Positions 37,410 to 46,676 of a stretch of 64,000 bases of DNA are shown here, piece after piece (the stretch's first letter is position 1; the number at the start of each line of letters is the position of its first letter). The stretch comes from Bacteriovoracia bacterium. Lineage in GTDB: Bacteria; Bdellovibrionota; UBA1018; CAIPTA01. A program made the translations under genes and the position numbers. Under the pieces are notes generated by a model. It saw only the letters and a program-made list of their open reading frames with translations. It searched no databases and had not been told where the DNA came from. The DNA is taken from positions 1 to 64,000 of the forward strand of contig JBFWVL010000005.1 in the NCBI GenBank assembly GCA_050246755.1. Reading direction: 5' to 3'.

Positions 37410-39353
37410 TTACTTCTTAGACATCTGCACGCGCAGTGCTTTTAGGAAAGCAGCTTTTTGCACGGGATCGCTCATCACGTTACTAAGGCGTGCGGCGGTT
37501 TGATTCCCGAAGAGCCCATCCGTGGCGAGCCGAGAGGCCGGAGAGCGCTCGCTTTGCATGCTGTTGAGCGCACGCTGAATGATGGCGGTGTCTTTTTTGC
37601 TATAGAGATCGAGGTCGCGTTTTTTGAGCTCTTCGTTCTGCTGGTAGTAGTTCCGCAAGTCTTTTGAATTCAACGCGGTATTATCCTCGGAAGTGATTTT
37701 GGGCGTGATATCTCCGGTGCTTTCTTTGTAGGCCACGTCGGCCTCTGCGGCGGGGGCGGGCATATAGACGGGTTTTACTTCCGGAGCGGTCTCCATTTTA
37801 TCCGCGTGCTCATTCGCGTAGGCCGCGTCTGCTTCCGCAGCGGGGGCCGGCATATAGGCAGGCTTTTCTTCTACGGGACCATAGCCGGTAGAAATGGGAA
37901 CCCTCGGTGCCTCGGGAACGGGTTTTTCCTCTACGGGGCCGTAGCCCGTAGAGATCGGAACTTTCGGCGCCATGTTCTGCGATTCCAAAACGGCCGGCGG
38001 CTTTTGCTCGATATCGCTATAGGCGGGTAGCGAGCTGAAAGCGTCGGCATCGGAACCAGTATAATAAGGTTCATTTACCGGCGTAGGGGTCGGCGGCGGA
38101 GCGGGAGCCAAGGATTGCGAAGTCACTTGGGCCAGCTCAGGAGAATGGATTTCGGCGGCCGGAGTGGGCGCAGGCTCTGTTTTCACGGCTTGAGATTTTG
38201 CCGTTTCGTGTTCATAAGCCACATCGGCTTCCGCGGCCGGAGCGGGCATATGGGAAGTTTCGGCATGGGTACTCACTTCCGTTTTCGGAGCTTCGATTTC
38301 CTTCAAAAACTTCTGCGTGGAGTCGGCCACGTTATTGTCGCCCTTGGGTTCGCTCACGGGGGAGGTATGCTCAGATTTCACGGGGGCAGTTTTTTCCGCA
38401 ACTTCCTGCGAAGCAATCGGCTTCGGCGGCTCCACGCCACTCGGCTTGGAGGCTAACTCGTCCTTTTTCTCCTCTGCTTTAGAAACTCCGGAGGCTTTTT
38501 CTGGTTTGGCTTGTCCCTTAATCGGTTCGGCCGCTTCGGCGGTTTTTTCCGGGCAGGTTTTGGCCACGCCTTCGGTTTTCGCGATCATAGTGGCTAGCGT
38601 GGTAGAATCTTTTTTCATCTGCGTAGCGAGCGCTTCCAATTGCTTGGCGAGCGTGGCCATCGTGCCGGAACGCTGGTTGGTTAAAGAGTTCAACGTTTGC
38701 AGTACGGTAGCAGGACAGTTTCCGGGCGCATTGGCCGGTTCGTAGATCATCACGAGGCCTTTGTACGGGCTAGACGGAGGAGTGGAGAGAGCGGAAAAAG
38801 ACGAAACTTCGGCACCGCACGCGGCCGACGTTCTTTTAAATGAGGCTGAGTCGGTGTGAAGCTCTTCGAGTTTTTGCTTGAGGCCTTTGTCGTTCGAGTT
38901 GTTGGCTTTATTGTCCACGATCTTCATTACTGCGGCATAGCCGGAATCGAGCGCGGCCTTTTTCTTTTTCTCTGATTCCACCGCTAGCTCCGGGCCTTCC
39001 GCGCAAATCGTAACATTGCTTAGTTTGGAGGCATCGATGCCTTTGGCCAGTTCGGCTTCCACCGCGGCGAGCTTATCGTGCAGGAATTTTTTTATGTCGT
39101 TTACATCGTTCTTGGTGGGGTTGATGAAGCCCTGCTGCGGAGTGGTCACGCCGGTTTTCGGGCAAGGGGATTTGTCGTAGTAGCGAGAGCAGCCGTTGCC
39201 GAAATTGGCCAAGGTATTAATTTGCGATTCGAAAGTTTGGAGGGTTTTCGAAATATCGGCGCGATAGACCGCGTAGGAGCCCGCTTGCTGGGCATGCGCG
39301 GCGGCAGACCACGAAAGCAGTAAGGCTAAGCAAATAGGGGTTATTCTTTGCAT
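37410..39353 (-). CDS. Secreted protein: Cys-containing helical N-domain, repeat-rich linker, C-terminal peptidoglycan-binding-like domain
   Basis: Signal peptide AHA; MPAPAAEAD.AY x3, VPISTGYGPVEEKP x2; IQRALN...LATDGLFGNQT. Confidence 0.8.
   Translation of the reverse strand: MQRITPICLALLLSWSAAAHAQQAGSYAVYRADISKTLQTFESQINTLANFGNGCSRYYDKSPCPKTGVTTPQQGFINPTKNDVNDIKKFLHDKLAAVEAELAKGIDASKLSNVTICAEGPELAVESEKKKKAALDSGYAAVMKIVDNKANNSNDKGLKQKLEELHTDSASFKRTSAACGAEVSSFSALSTPPSSPYKGLVMIYEPANAPGNCPATVLQTLNSLTNQRSGTMATLAKQLEALATQMKKDSTTLATMIAKTEGVAKTCPEKTAEAAEPIKGQAKPEKASGVSKAEEKKDELASKPSGVEPPKPIASQEVAEKTAPVKSEHTSPVSEPKGDNNVADSTQKFLKEIEAPKTEVSTHAETSHMPAPAAEADVAYEHETAKSQAVKTEPAPTPAAEIHSPELAQVTSQSLAPAPPPTPTPVNEPYYTGSDADAFSSLPAYSDIEQKPPAVLESQNMAPKVPISTGYGPVEEKPVPEAPRVPISTGYGPVEEKPAYMPAPAAEADAAYANEHADKMETAPEVKPVYMPAPAAEADVAYKESTGDITPKITSEDNTALNSKDLRNYYQQNEELKKRDLDLYSKKDTAIIQRALNSMQSERSPASRLATDGLFGNQTAARLSNVMSDPVQKAAFLKALRVQMSKK
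37417..37736. repeat. 320-bp direct repeat, copy 1
   Basis: Matches 39439-39758 except at 37449/39471 and 37721/39743. Confidence 0.95.
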
Positions 39354-39360
39354 AGCTTCT

Positions 39361-39388
39361 TTATCGGCTATGTGGACCCATAAGTTTA
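39361..39388 (-). promoter_or_regulatory. sigma28-like promoter TAAA-N16-GCCGATAA
   Basis: -10 element ends 7 nt before ATG 39353. Confidence 0.75.
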
Positions 39389-39434
39389 GCGAGGCCTGAT
39401 TGCGGGCAGATTATAAGTTATTGAAATAACTAAA

Positions 39435-40958
39435 TTATTTAGACATCTGCACGCGCAGTGCTTTTAGGAATGCAGCTTTTTGCACGGGATCGCTCATCAC
39501 GTTACTAAGGCGTGCGGCGGTTTGATTCCCGAAGAGCCCATCCGTGGCGAGCCGAGAGGCCGGAGAGCGCTCGCTTTGCATGCTGTTGAGCGCACGCTGA
39601 ATGATGGCGGTGTCTTTTTTGCTATAGAGATCGAGGTCGCGTTTTTTGAGCTCTTCGTTCTGCTGGTAGTAGTTCCGCAAGTCTTTTGAATTCAACGCGG
39701 TATTATCCTCGGAAGTGATTTTGGGCGTGATATCTCCGGTGCCTTCTTTGTAGGCCACCTCGGCGGGCTTGGAATCTGGTTTCGCCACGCTTTCTTCGAA
39801 AGCAAAGGGATCGCGATCTAGAGATTTTGCCACGGGATGCGATTCAGGGGGCTGGGGGACTACTTCCGGATCCGTTAAAATTTGTTTAGCTACGCCGCCG
39901 GCGGAATTTTCTTTATCGGCGGTAGTGGTGGAAATGGGGGCGTCGGCTTTTTTGGCTTCTGGCGCAGCGGCCGCTGCGATCGGAGTAGGCTGAACATCGC
40001 TTTTTTTCTCGTCAGCTTTCGACACGCCGGAGGGTTTCTCATCTTTTGCCGGTCCCGTTGGGATGGGCGGAGTTTCCTGCGCGATGCTCGTTGGGCAAGA
40101 TCGGCCCACGGCGGCAGTGGCTACCATTACTTTATCAATTTTTTCGGAGGCGTCGTTCATTTTTTTCGAAAGCGCTTCTAGCTGGGTGACCACGGCTTTA
40201 ACTTGGCCTTTTTCTTTATCGGCAATAGTGAGGTAGCTTTTCAGCACGGAGCTATCGCAGCTAGGGTGCTTGTTGTCTTTAGAAAACGCCAAGGCGAGAC
40301 CAGCGTGCGGGGTTGGTGGAATATTCCTATCAACGGTTCCGACGAATTTTACGAAGCCAGAGGCAAACCCTGCTTCTCTGTCGGATACGATATTCCCGCA
40401 TTTTTTTGCGGTGGAAAGATAAGGCTCTCCGCCTCTATGCAATTCATTGAACTTCTCTTTGAGGCCGTCGTTTTTCTTGGGGTCGGCGCCATTTAGCAGT
40501 AAATTGATGGCGGCGATGGAATCGGCGAGAGACTTTTTCTTTTGTGAGAGGGAGTTGAGCGAAACTTCTGGGCCGGATTGGCAAACGGTTACTTTATCGA
40601 GCGCGTTGGCGCTGATTCCTTCCGCCAAGGTGGCTTCGGTCTCTTTGAGTTTTCCTTCGAGGAAGGCCTTCACTTGATTCATATTCGTTCTGGTGGGATT
40701 AATGAAATCTGCTTTATTTCCATTTACGCCGGCAACGCCGGGGCAGATTGGATGATCCATGTAATCGGTGCATCCGCTTCCCTTTTGTTCGATATTTTTT
40801 AAATTCGAATTCACGCTATTGATCGCTTGGTCTATCGCGGTCCGGTTTGCGATGAATGCTTGCTTGTCGGCAGCCGGATCTCCGGCGCCCGCGAAAGCAG
40901 GACGGTGAAACGGGAGAAGGGCTAGTGTGACTAATAAAACTTGGGGTAGTTTTGTCAT
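39435..40958 (-). CDS. Secreted paralog of 37410..39353 with the same peptidoglycan-binding-like tail
   Basis: Shared N-terminal motifs (G.GC..Y....CP, FINPT, VT.C..GPE, GLK.K..ELH, KPSGV) but clearly diverged; near-identical last ~105 aa. Confidence 0.8.
   Translation of the reverse strand: MTKLPQVLLVTLALLPFHRPAFAGAGDPAADKQAFIANRTAIDQAINSVNSNLKNIEQKGSGCTDYMDHPICPGVAGVNGNKADFINPTRTNMNQVKAFLEGKLKETEATLAEGISANALDKVTVCQSGPEVSLNSLSQKKKSLADSIAAINLLLNGADPKKNDGLKEKFNELHRGGEPYLSTAKKCGNIVSDREAGFASGFVKFVGTVDRNIPPTPHAGLALAFSKDNKHPSCDSSVLKSYLTIADKEKGQVKAVVTQLEALSKKMNDASEKIDKVMVATAAVGRSCPTSIAQETPPIPTGPAKDEKPSGVSKADEKKSDVQPTPIAAAAAPEAKKADAPISTTTADKENSAGGVAKQILTDPEVVPQPPESHPVAKSLDRDPFAFEESVAKPDSKPAEVAYKEGTGDITPKITSEDNTALNSKDLRNYYQQNEELKKRDLDLYSKKDTAIIQRALNSMQSERSPASRLATDGLFGNQTAARLSNVMSDPVQKAAFLKALRVQMSK
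39439..39758. repeat. 320-bp direct repeat, copy 2
   Basis: Offset 2022 bp from copy 1; two mismatches. Confidence 0.95.
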
Positions 40959-40965
40959 AAGTATC

Positions 40966-40993
40966 TTATCGGCACTTTTCAGAACTAGATTGA
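40966..40993 (-). promoter_or_regulatory. sigma28-like promoter TCAA-N16-GCCGATAA
   Basis: -10 element ends 7 nt before ATG 40958. Confidence 0.75.
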
Positions 40994-41190
40994 ATGACCG
41001 CGGAAAATCAAAGTTCCACGCAAGTTATTGTGATTATTCGCATTTACTTCATGTCGGGCCTGGTTGCTTTCCAGTTTTTGCCCTCGATTTTGAAATAAGT
41101 TTTTACACGGAAAATATTTATTTCCGGCCGCAAGCACTGCGGCTAACGTTTAATCGCCGTATCGAGAAGCACATAACCAGGCGAATACGC

Positions 41191-41868
41191 TCACAGAACG
41201 GGCGAGAGCCCAAAAAACTTTTCCTGGCGCTGGTAGAACCTCAATAAGGCAGGGGAGCCTACGATTACGGGGAGGAGGATTTCCCGCGCCTGCATCGTGC
41301 TCACGGCCAGGGCTTCCAAGTACAGGTCTTCGAAGATGAGCTTGGTGGCACCCACGGCGAGGGAAGGAAAGGCGCCTTCGTCCACTTCCCCGTAGGCCAC
41401 GATGAGGTTCCGAGACCATAATTCCTTCATCGCGCGGTTATAAACCGATTCTAAATTGCGTCCCACCAGGCCCGATGCGCGCTTGAGCTGCTTGGTAGAT
41501 TGGGTGGACTCCTCCTCGAGGATCGCGAGTAGCTCCTTGGCGTCGCGGGATAATTTTTCCCGGAAATTTTTTTCGCGCAGCTGGAGTGCTAGCAGGGCCT
41601 GAAAAACTTCGAGCGAGAAAAAGGTGGCGCGGCCTTGGAACCATTTGGCGTAAACCACTTTGCGGGAGCGTGAAAGCTCTTCGCGTAGGTGCCAGAGGGT
41701 GGCCACGCGATCGTCGCCGTCTTCGTCCCATTCCCAGCGCATCTTGGATTTGGGGTAGGCAACCGACCAAAGCGATAGCGGATCTTCTTTACCCGCGATG
41801 GGATAAACGAGCAGGATTCCATGGTCGCGGATGGCTTGGATCGCGGTGGCTTTGGTTAACTTTCTCAT
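41191..41868 (-). CDS. Hypothetical winged-helix protein (possibly AlkZ-related)
   Basis: SLWS, LWHLREEL..SRKVVYAKWFQGRATFFS, STKQLKRASG. Confidence 0.6.
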   Translation of the reverse strand: MRKLTKATAIQAIRDHGILLVYPIAGKEDPLSLWSVAYPKSKMRWEWDEDGDDRVATLWHLREELSRSRKVVYAKWFQGRATFFSLEVFQALLALQLREKNFREKLSRDAKELLAILEEESTQSTKQLKRASGLVGRNLESVYNRAMKELWSRNLIVAYGEVDEGAFPSLAVGATKLIFEDLYLEALAVSTMQAREILLPVIVGSPALLRFYQRQEKFFGLSPVL

Positions 41869-41959
41869 TCCGCCGCCAGCTTAGCGCAGAAAGCGGTAAA
41901 TCGGAAAATGGAGAAGTTTACTTGGGCAGAAATGCAGGGCGAAAAGAATTTGGAACCAG

Positions 41960-42340
41960 CTAGGCGGCTTTTTTTTGCGGGACCGGGCCGGCAGTGCGCT
42001 CGAGCTCGGTTTTCACCGCGGCGAAGGTAGCTTTCAATTCGGGGAAAACCGCGAGTAGGTTTTCCAGATCTTTTAGCTTTGCGGCTTCTTCTACCCGGAT
42101 GAACAAATCGGTGAGCCCAAGGGCGCCGAGATTCGCCGAGGCGGATTTTAACTGGTGGGCTAGGCCGTTGAGGGCCGCGAAATCCCGGGCGGCGAGGGCG
42201 TTTTCCATTTCATTCACTTTAGCGGGAGCCTGTTGCAGGTAAACGTGGGCCACTTCGGCATAGAAGTCTTTTCCGGGGTCACCGAGCTCTCGCAGGCTTT
42301 TTACGGATTCCGGATGGATGAGCGGCGCTTTATTGATCAT
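41960..42340 (-). CDS. Hpt (histidine phosphotransfer) domain protein
   Basis: AHQLKSASANLGA. Confidence 0.92.
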   Translation of the reverse strand: MINKAPLIHPESVKSLRELGDPGKDFYAEVAHVYLQQAPAKVNEMENALAARDFAALNGLAHQLKSASANLGALGLTDLFIRVEEAAKLKDLENLLAVFPELKATFAAVKTELERTAGPVPQKKAA

Positions 42341-42376
42341 TTTCCTTACACCGCTTCTGCAGTGCTCCTCGATAGC

Positions 42377-42404
42377 CTATCGGTGAAAGATACGGCATAC
42401 TTGA
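42377..42404 (-). promoter_or_regulatory. sigma28-like promoter TCAA-N16-ACCGATAG
   Basis: 36 nt upstream of the Hpt start. Confidence 0.6.
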
Positions 42405-42429
42405 ATTTCACCTAATCGGGAGAACGGCG

Positions 42430-43449
42430 ATGTCGCAGATGCTAGCCGAAGTTCAAGAAGCCCCAAATCGCGTGCGCGCCGCCCTTGAGGCCGACGCGAA
42501 AATCTATGCTGATCTCGGGGAGCGCCTGCGGGAGCTCAACCCTTCGCTGGTGGCCACCGTGGCCCGGGGAAGTTCCGACCACGCGGCCACCTTCGCCACC
42601 TATCTTTTTCCCCAGTGCACCGGCCGCGTGGTGGCATCGATTCCTCCTTCGGTGGTGACGGTGCTGAAATCACCCCTAAATTTGAAGGATCAGTTCGCGC
42701 TCGCCATCTCGCAGGGAGGGGGCAGCCCCGATATCATTCAAACCGTGGATTGCCTCCGCCGCAGCGGGGCGCTCACCGCCGCATTGGTGAACAGCGAAAA
42801 ATCCGAGCTGGCCCGCACGGCAGAAATTTTACTGCGCCAGCACGCGGGCGAAGAAAAGAGCATCGCGGCCACCAAGAGCGTGATCTGCACGCTCACCGGC
42901 ATTGCCCGCATCGCGGCGGCGTGGTCGGGCGACCAGAGCCTGCAGGGGGGCCTGAATACTTTACCGGGCTCCCTCGAACGCGCGTTCGAAACGGGAATGA
43001 AGGCGGACGCGAATATGCTCGCGGGAATCTCCAACGTTTACGTTCTCTCCCGCGGGCTTGGCCTGGCCGCCGCGCTCGAGATCGCGCTGAAGCTCAAAGA
43101 AACCTGCGGCGTGCACGCGGAAGCTTTTTCCACGGCCGAAGTTTTGCACGGCCCGCGCGAGATCGTGGACAAAAAATTTCTCGTGATCGTGCTCGCGCTG
43201 CCGGGATCGGGCCAGGAAGACGCGCTTGCCGCCGCGCGCGAGTTGAAAAATCAGGGGGCGGGAGTATTGCTCGTGGCGCCCGCGGCGCTCGGCGGAGCTT
43301 TCGTATTGCCAGAGCTCACGGACAATCGCCTTTCACCCATCGTGGCGCTCGAGCTGCTCTATCCTTGGATCGCCCGCGCCGCCAAGGCGCTGGGCCGCGA
43401 TCCGGATCGCCCGAAGACGCTCACGGCGAAAGTAATCAAAACGGTATAG
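42430..43449 (+). CDS. SIS-domain glucosamine-6-phosphate deaminase (NagB-II type)
   Basis: ARGSSDHAA, AISQGGGSPD, AGEEKSIAATKS, EIALKLKE, AEVLHGP, GRDPDRP. Confidence 0.88.
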   Translation: MSQMLAEVQEAPNRVRAALEADAKIYADLGERLRELNPSLVATVARGSSDHAATFATYLFPQCTGRVVASIPPSVVTVLKSPLNLKDQFALAISQGGGSPDIIQTVDCLRRSGALTAALVNSEKSELARTAEILLRQHAGEEKSIAATKSVICTLTGIARIAAAWSGDQSLQGGLNTLPGSLERAFETGMKADANMLAGISNVYVLSRGLGLAAALEIALKLKETCGVHAEAFSTAEVLHGPREIVDKKFLVIVLALPGSGQEDALAAARELKNQGAGVLLVAPAALGGAFVLPELTDNRLSPIVALELLYPWIARAAKALGRDPDRPKTLTAKVIKTV

Positions 43450-43462
43450 GCTTGGAAATTTG

Positions 43463-44311
43463 CTAGAGATCGCGCAGCAACGAGGCGGCGCCGAGTACGG
43501 CGATCTGCGGTTTCCGCGATACTTTTACTCTTAGCGCTTTTCTCACCGAGGGATAAACGAATTTCTCCTCCAGGGATTTTTCCAGTGCCGCCCTAAAGTG
43601 CGGGTAGGCCAGGCTTACCGAGCCTCCCAGGATGATCATTTCGGGTGCTAGTGAGTAGAGGATTATTTGAAAGGCTTCGGCCAAATGTTTTCCGTATTCG
43701 AAAAATAACTCTTTCGCGTTCACCTCTCCCGCGGCGGCGGCAGCGCTTACTTCGGCACCTTCGCGGCCGTGGCGGCGGAAGAACTGCCCGCTGCAGTAGG
43801 CTTCCAGGTTCGCTTCGCGATAGGAAATCATCCCGAACTCTCCGGCGCCACCGTCGGTGCCGGAATGCAGGTGGCCCCGGGAGATGATTCCGGCGCCCAT
43901 CCCGGTGCCAAGAATCAGGCCCACGAAATTCTCGCAATTTTTTCCCTGCCCGAAATGGCTCTCGCCGAGGGCGAAGCAGTTGGCGTCGTTATCGATGCGC
44001 ACGGGCAGGCCGAATTTCTTTTCGAGTTTTTTCTTGAGCGGCACCGCCTGCCAAGAAGGAATATTGGTGGTGTCGAAGATGGTGCCGTTCTTGGAGTTCA
44101 CGAGGCTGGGAACACCGATGCCGATCCCGCCCGCGCGCCGCGCGCCGGCTTCTTCAATCGCGTGGCAGAGGTCGGCGAATACTTGTTCGGCGCTGCCTTG
44201 GCTGCGGATGGGCTGCTGGTGAAGCGAGAGGATTCTCTCGTCGCCCACGAGCCCGGCCCGCACGTTGGTGCCGCCGAGGTCCACGCCGATACTGAGTTTG
44301 CGTTTCGCCAT
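43463..44311 (-). CDS. ROK family sugar kinase
   Basis: GVDLGGTN, NDANCFALGE, LGTGMGAG, AGEFG. Confidence 0.92.
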   Translation of the reverse strand: MAKRKLSIGVDLGGTNVRAGLVGDERILSLHQQPIRSQGSAEQVFADLCHAIEEAGARRAGGIGIGVPSLVNSKNGTIFDTTNIPSWQAVPLKKKLEKKFGLPVRIDNDANCFALGESHFGQGKNCENFVGLILGTGMGAGIISRGHLHSGTDGGAGEFGMISYREANLEAYCSGQFFRRHGREGAEVSAAAAAGEVNAKELFFEYGKHLAEAFQIILYSLAPEMIILGGSVSLAYPHFRAALEKSLEEKFVYPSVRKALRVKVSRKPQIAVLGAASLLRDL

Positions 44312-45550
44312 TCAGCTTCCGAAAGTTTTATTCGTTACGAGGGGCTTCGCCCAAATTCCGATAGAAAAGATATACGCCAAAGGAAGGTAGAGAAAGCACA
44401 GGCCGGTTCTCAGGCTGAAATGATCGCCGATGCTGCCGATGAGGAGCGGCACCACCGCACCGCCCACGATCCCGGTGCAGAGGATGCCCGAGAAAGTGCC
44501 ATGATGATGGGCGAGGGAATTCAGGGCGAGCGAGAAAATGATGGACCACATCACCGAGATGGCGAATCCGGTGGCCGGGAAGGCAAGCAGCGAAACTTGC
44601 GCGTTGCCGAAGAGGGCAGCGCCGAGGGTAAAAAAAGCGAGGGCGCTGAAGCCGAGCAGCACACGGCGGCTATCGAAGAATTTAAGCAGGAAGAGCCCGA
44701 TCGCGCAGCCGAGGATCGCGACGCCCCAGAAGCGGGAAACCGCGGTGGCCCCATCGGTTTGGGGATCGAAGCCATGCTGGCTGAAGAGGAACTGGGACAT
44801 CCAGTTCGAGAGGCCTTGTTCGAGCCCGACGTAGGCGAAAACCGCCACGAAGAATAACCAGACGGTGGGCCGGGCCAGGAGCTCGCGGTGGGTTTCCCAG
44901 GCGCCCACTTTTTCATCTTCGTTTCTTTCCACCCGCGGAATGCGTAGCAATACAAGCAGCAATACCATCGCGAGCGCGACGGCGGAGAAAAACCAGTACA
45001 TCACGATCCAGGTGCGGTCCGGCGGAATGAATCTCGACCAGAAGCCGCTGGAACGGCCCGCGAGATCGCTTACGAAGAAACGATAGAGCAGGGGGCTGAG
45101 AAAAGAAGCGCTGCCAAAGACCAGCTGCACGATCATGCCGTTGAACGCGAAATGCTCCTCGCCGCCCGTGACGCGCAGGAGAGGGTTGATGGCCACTTGA
45201 AGTGCCGCCATCCCAAGGCCGATGAGAAAGAGCGAGCAGATGGCCGAGTGATAGTAGGGAAAGAAAGCGAAGAGCAGCGATCCGGCCAAGGCCAGGGCAA
45301 AGGCTCCCACCAGCACGGGCTTTTCTCCCCAGCGCTCGATCACGATCCCGGCCGGGATCGACATCACCGCGTAGGCGCAGAAAAAAGAAAAGGGCAGGAA
45401 GGCCGCCATCGTTAAATTAAGCTGGAAGGTTTGGATGATGGCGGGCACGAGCGGCCCCACGATATTCGTGAGTAAAGAAATCACGAAGAAGATCACGAAG
45501 ATGATGCAGACGAGAAAAGTGCTGCGATTGGATTTTATTGGAGCGGGCAA
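44312..45550 (-). CDS. FucP/NagP-type sugar MFS permease
   Basis: FF.AY.VMSIPAG, LQVAINP, YVGLEQG, GIVGGAVVP. Confidence 0.9.
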   Translation of the reverse strand: MPAPIKSNRSTFLVCIIFVIFFVISLLTNIVGPLVPAIIQTFQLNLTMAAFLPFSFFCAYAVMSIPAGIVIERWGEKPVLVGAFALALAGSLLFAFFPYYHSAICSLFLIGLGMAALQVAINPLLRVTGGEEHFAFNGMIVQLVFGSASFLSPLLYRFFVSDLAGRSSGFWSRFIPPDRTWIVMYWFFSAVALAMVLLLVLLRIPRVERNEDEKVGAWETHRELLARPTVWLFFVAVFAYVGLEQGLSNWMSQFLFSQHGFDPQTDGATAVSRFWGVAILGCAIGLFLLKFFDSRRVLLGFSALAFFTLGAALFGNAQVSLLAFPATGFAISVMWSIIFSLALNSLAHHHGTFSGILCTGIVGGAVVPLLIGSIGDHFSLRTGLCFLYLPLAYIFSIGIWAKPLVTNKTFGS

Positions 45551-45918
45551 TGCGTTTCTACAATTCGCAGCAGGTCATCGAGCTCGATGGGTTTACGCAG
45601 AATTTCGGCGAGGCCCAGGGCGGCCGCCTTATCGCGTACTTGGCCATGGGCCGAAAGCATGGCGGTGGGAATCGCCGCCAAATCGGCGTCTTTCATTTGA
45701 TGTTCACGAAATTGGAATCCGTCCATGATCGGCATCATGAGATCGAGTAGGATGAGCGAAGGGAGCGAAGAGGTGGTGCGCAAGTGCTTCAAGGCTGCCG
45801 AGCCATTTTCGGCGGCGTCCACGGTATAGCCTTCGTCGCGCAGGAATTCCGTAAGACATTCACGAATTTCGATGTCGTCTTCCACCAAAAGAATTTTCTT
45901 CGCCTCGGGCACCCTCAT
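45535..45918 (-). CDS. Single-domain response regulator
   Basis: ILLVEDD, LILLDLMMPIMDG, LRKP. Confidence 0.93.
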   Translation of the reverse strand: MRVPEAKKILLVEDDIEIRECLTEFLRDEGYTVDAAENGSAALKHLRTTSSLPSLILLDLMMPIMDGFQFREHQMKDADLAAIPTAMLSAHGQVRDKAAALGLAEILRKPIELDDLLRIVETHCPLQ

Positions 45919-46060
45919 GCACCGGCCTTTCTTAAAGTTTTATTTCTTTGAGTTTCTGACAGGGGGGAGGGGGAGTCAAGCCTGGGGCGGATTTGGTATG
46001 GATTTTCGCGATTGAGGGAGTTTTTGCCGCATTTCTTCCGCAAATCTTGGCCTAAACGCT

Positions 46061-46076
46061 AGGTACGCGTCTTGCT
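46061..46076 (+). promoter_or_regulatory. sigma54 promoter
   Basis: AGGTAC-GCGTC-TTGCT (GG-N10-GC). Confidence 0.55.
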
Positions 46077-46100
46077 TTGTAGGAGTCCAACGGAGGTTCT

Positions 46101-46646
46101 ATGAACGAGGCTCAACAACAAGATAGAGAATATAGATCCTACGGAACGTCTTTGCGGGAAGACCGCTTATCGGCCGTGCCCCCCCCCTCCACAGAGTTTG
46201 ATGGTGGCCTGGCTTTTCAAGCGAACTTAGTCGACAAGGCCTACCGTGCATTGCAGCTGGCTTTCGTGGCCGTGCCGATCGTGGCCGGTCTCGATAAATT
46301 CGCCAATCAGCTTACTGATTGGACTCAGTATATTCACCCAACGATTCCCAACATGCTGGGAGTGACCGCGCAGAACTTTATGTACGGCGTGGGCGTGGTG
46401 GAAATTCTGGTCGGCATCGGGATCGCGCTCAAACCGCGCGTGTTCGGTGATATTCTCGCCTTATGGCTTGCGGGTATCGTGGTGAACCTCTTGGCGCAAG
46501 GGCAATTCTTCGACGTGGCTCTAAGGGATTTCGGTCTCTGCGCCGGTGCTTGTGCCCTTGCTCGCCTGAGCAAAGCGCGAGAGCACGGAGTGGTGGTTAC
46601 CGGGCCCGAGGCCAAGCTTTGGCAGCAGCCGACGAACCATATCTGA
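46101..46646 (+). CDS. DoxX-like membrane protein
   Basis: PIVAGLDKF...LTDW..Y, VGVVEI, DVALRDFGL. Confidence 0.8.
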   Translation: MNEAQQQDREYRSYGTSLREDRLSAVPPPSTEFDGGLAFQANLVDKAYRALQLAFVAVPIVAGLDKFANQLTDWTQYIHPTIPNMLGVTAQNFMYGVGVVEILVGIGIALKPRVFGDILALWLAGIVVNLLAQGQFFDVALRDFGLCAGACALARLSKAREHGVVVTGPEAKLWQQPTNHI

Positions 46647-46676
46647 AACATCAATTAGAAAAGGTAACTATAAGTA

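Noticed and set aside
37417-39758. 320-bp repeat pair as a diversity-generating retroelement TR/VR
   Set aside because: No reverse transcriptase in the window, both copies are coding, and two mismatches are too few to show adenine-specific mutagenesis.
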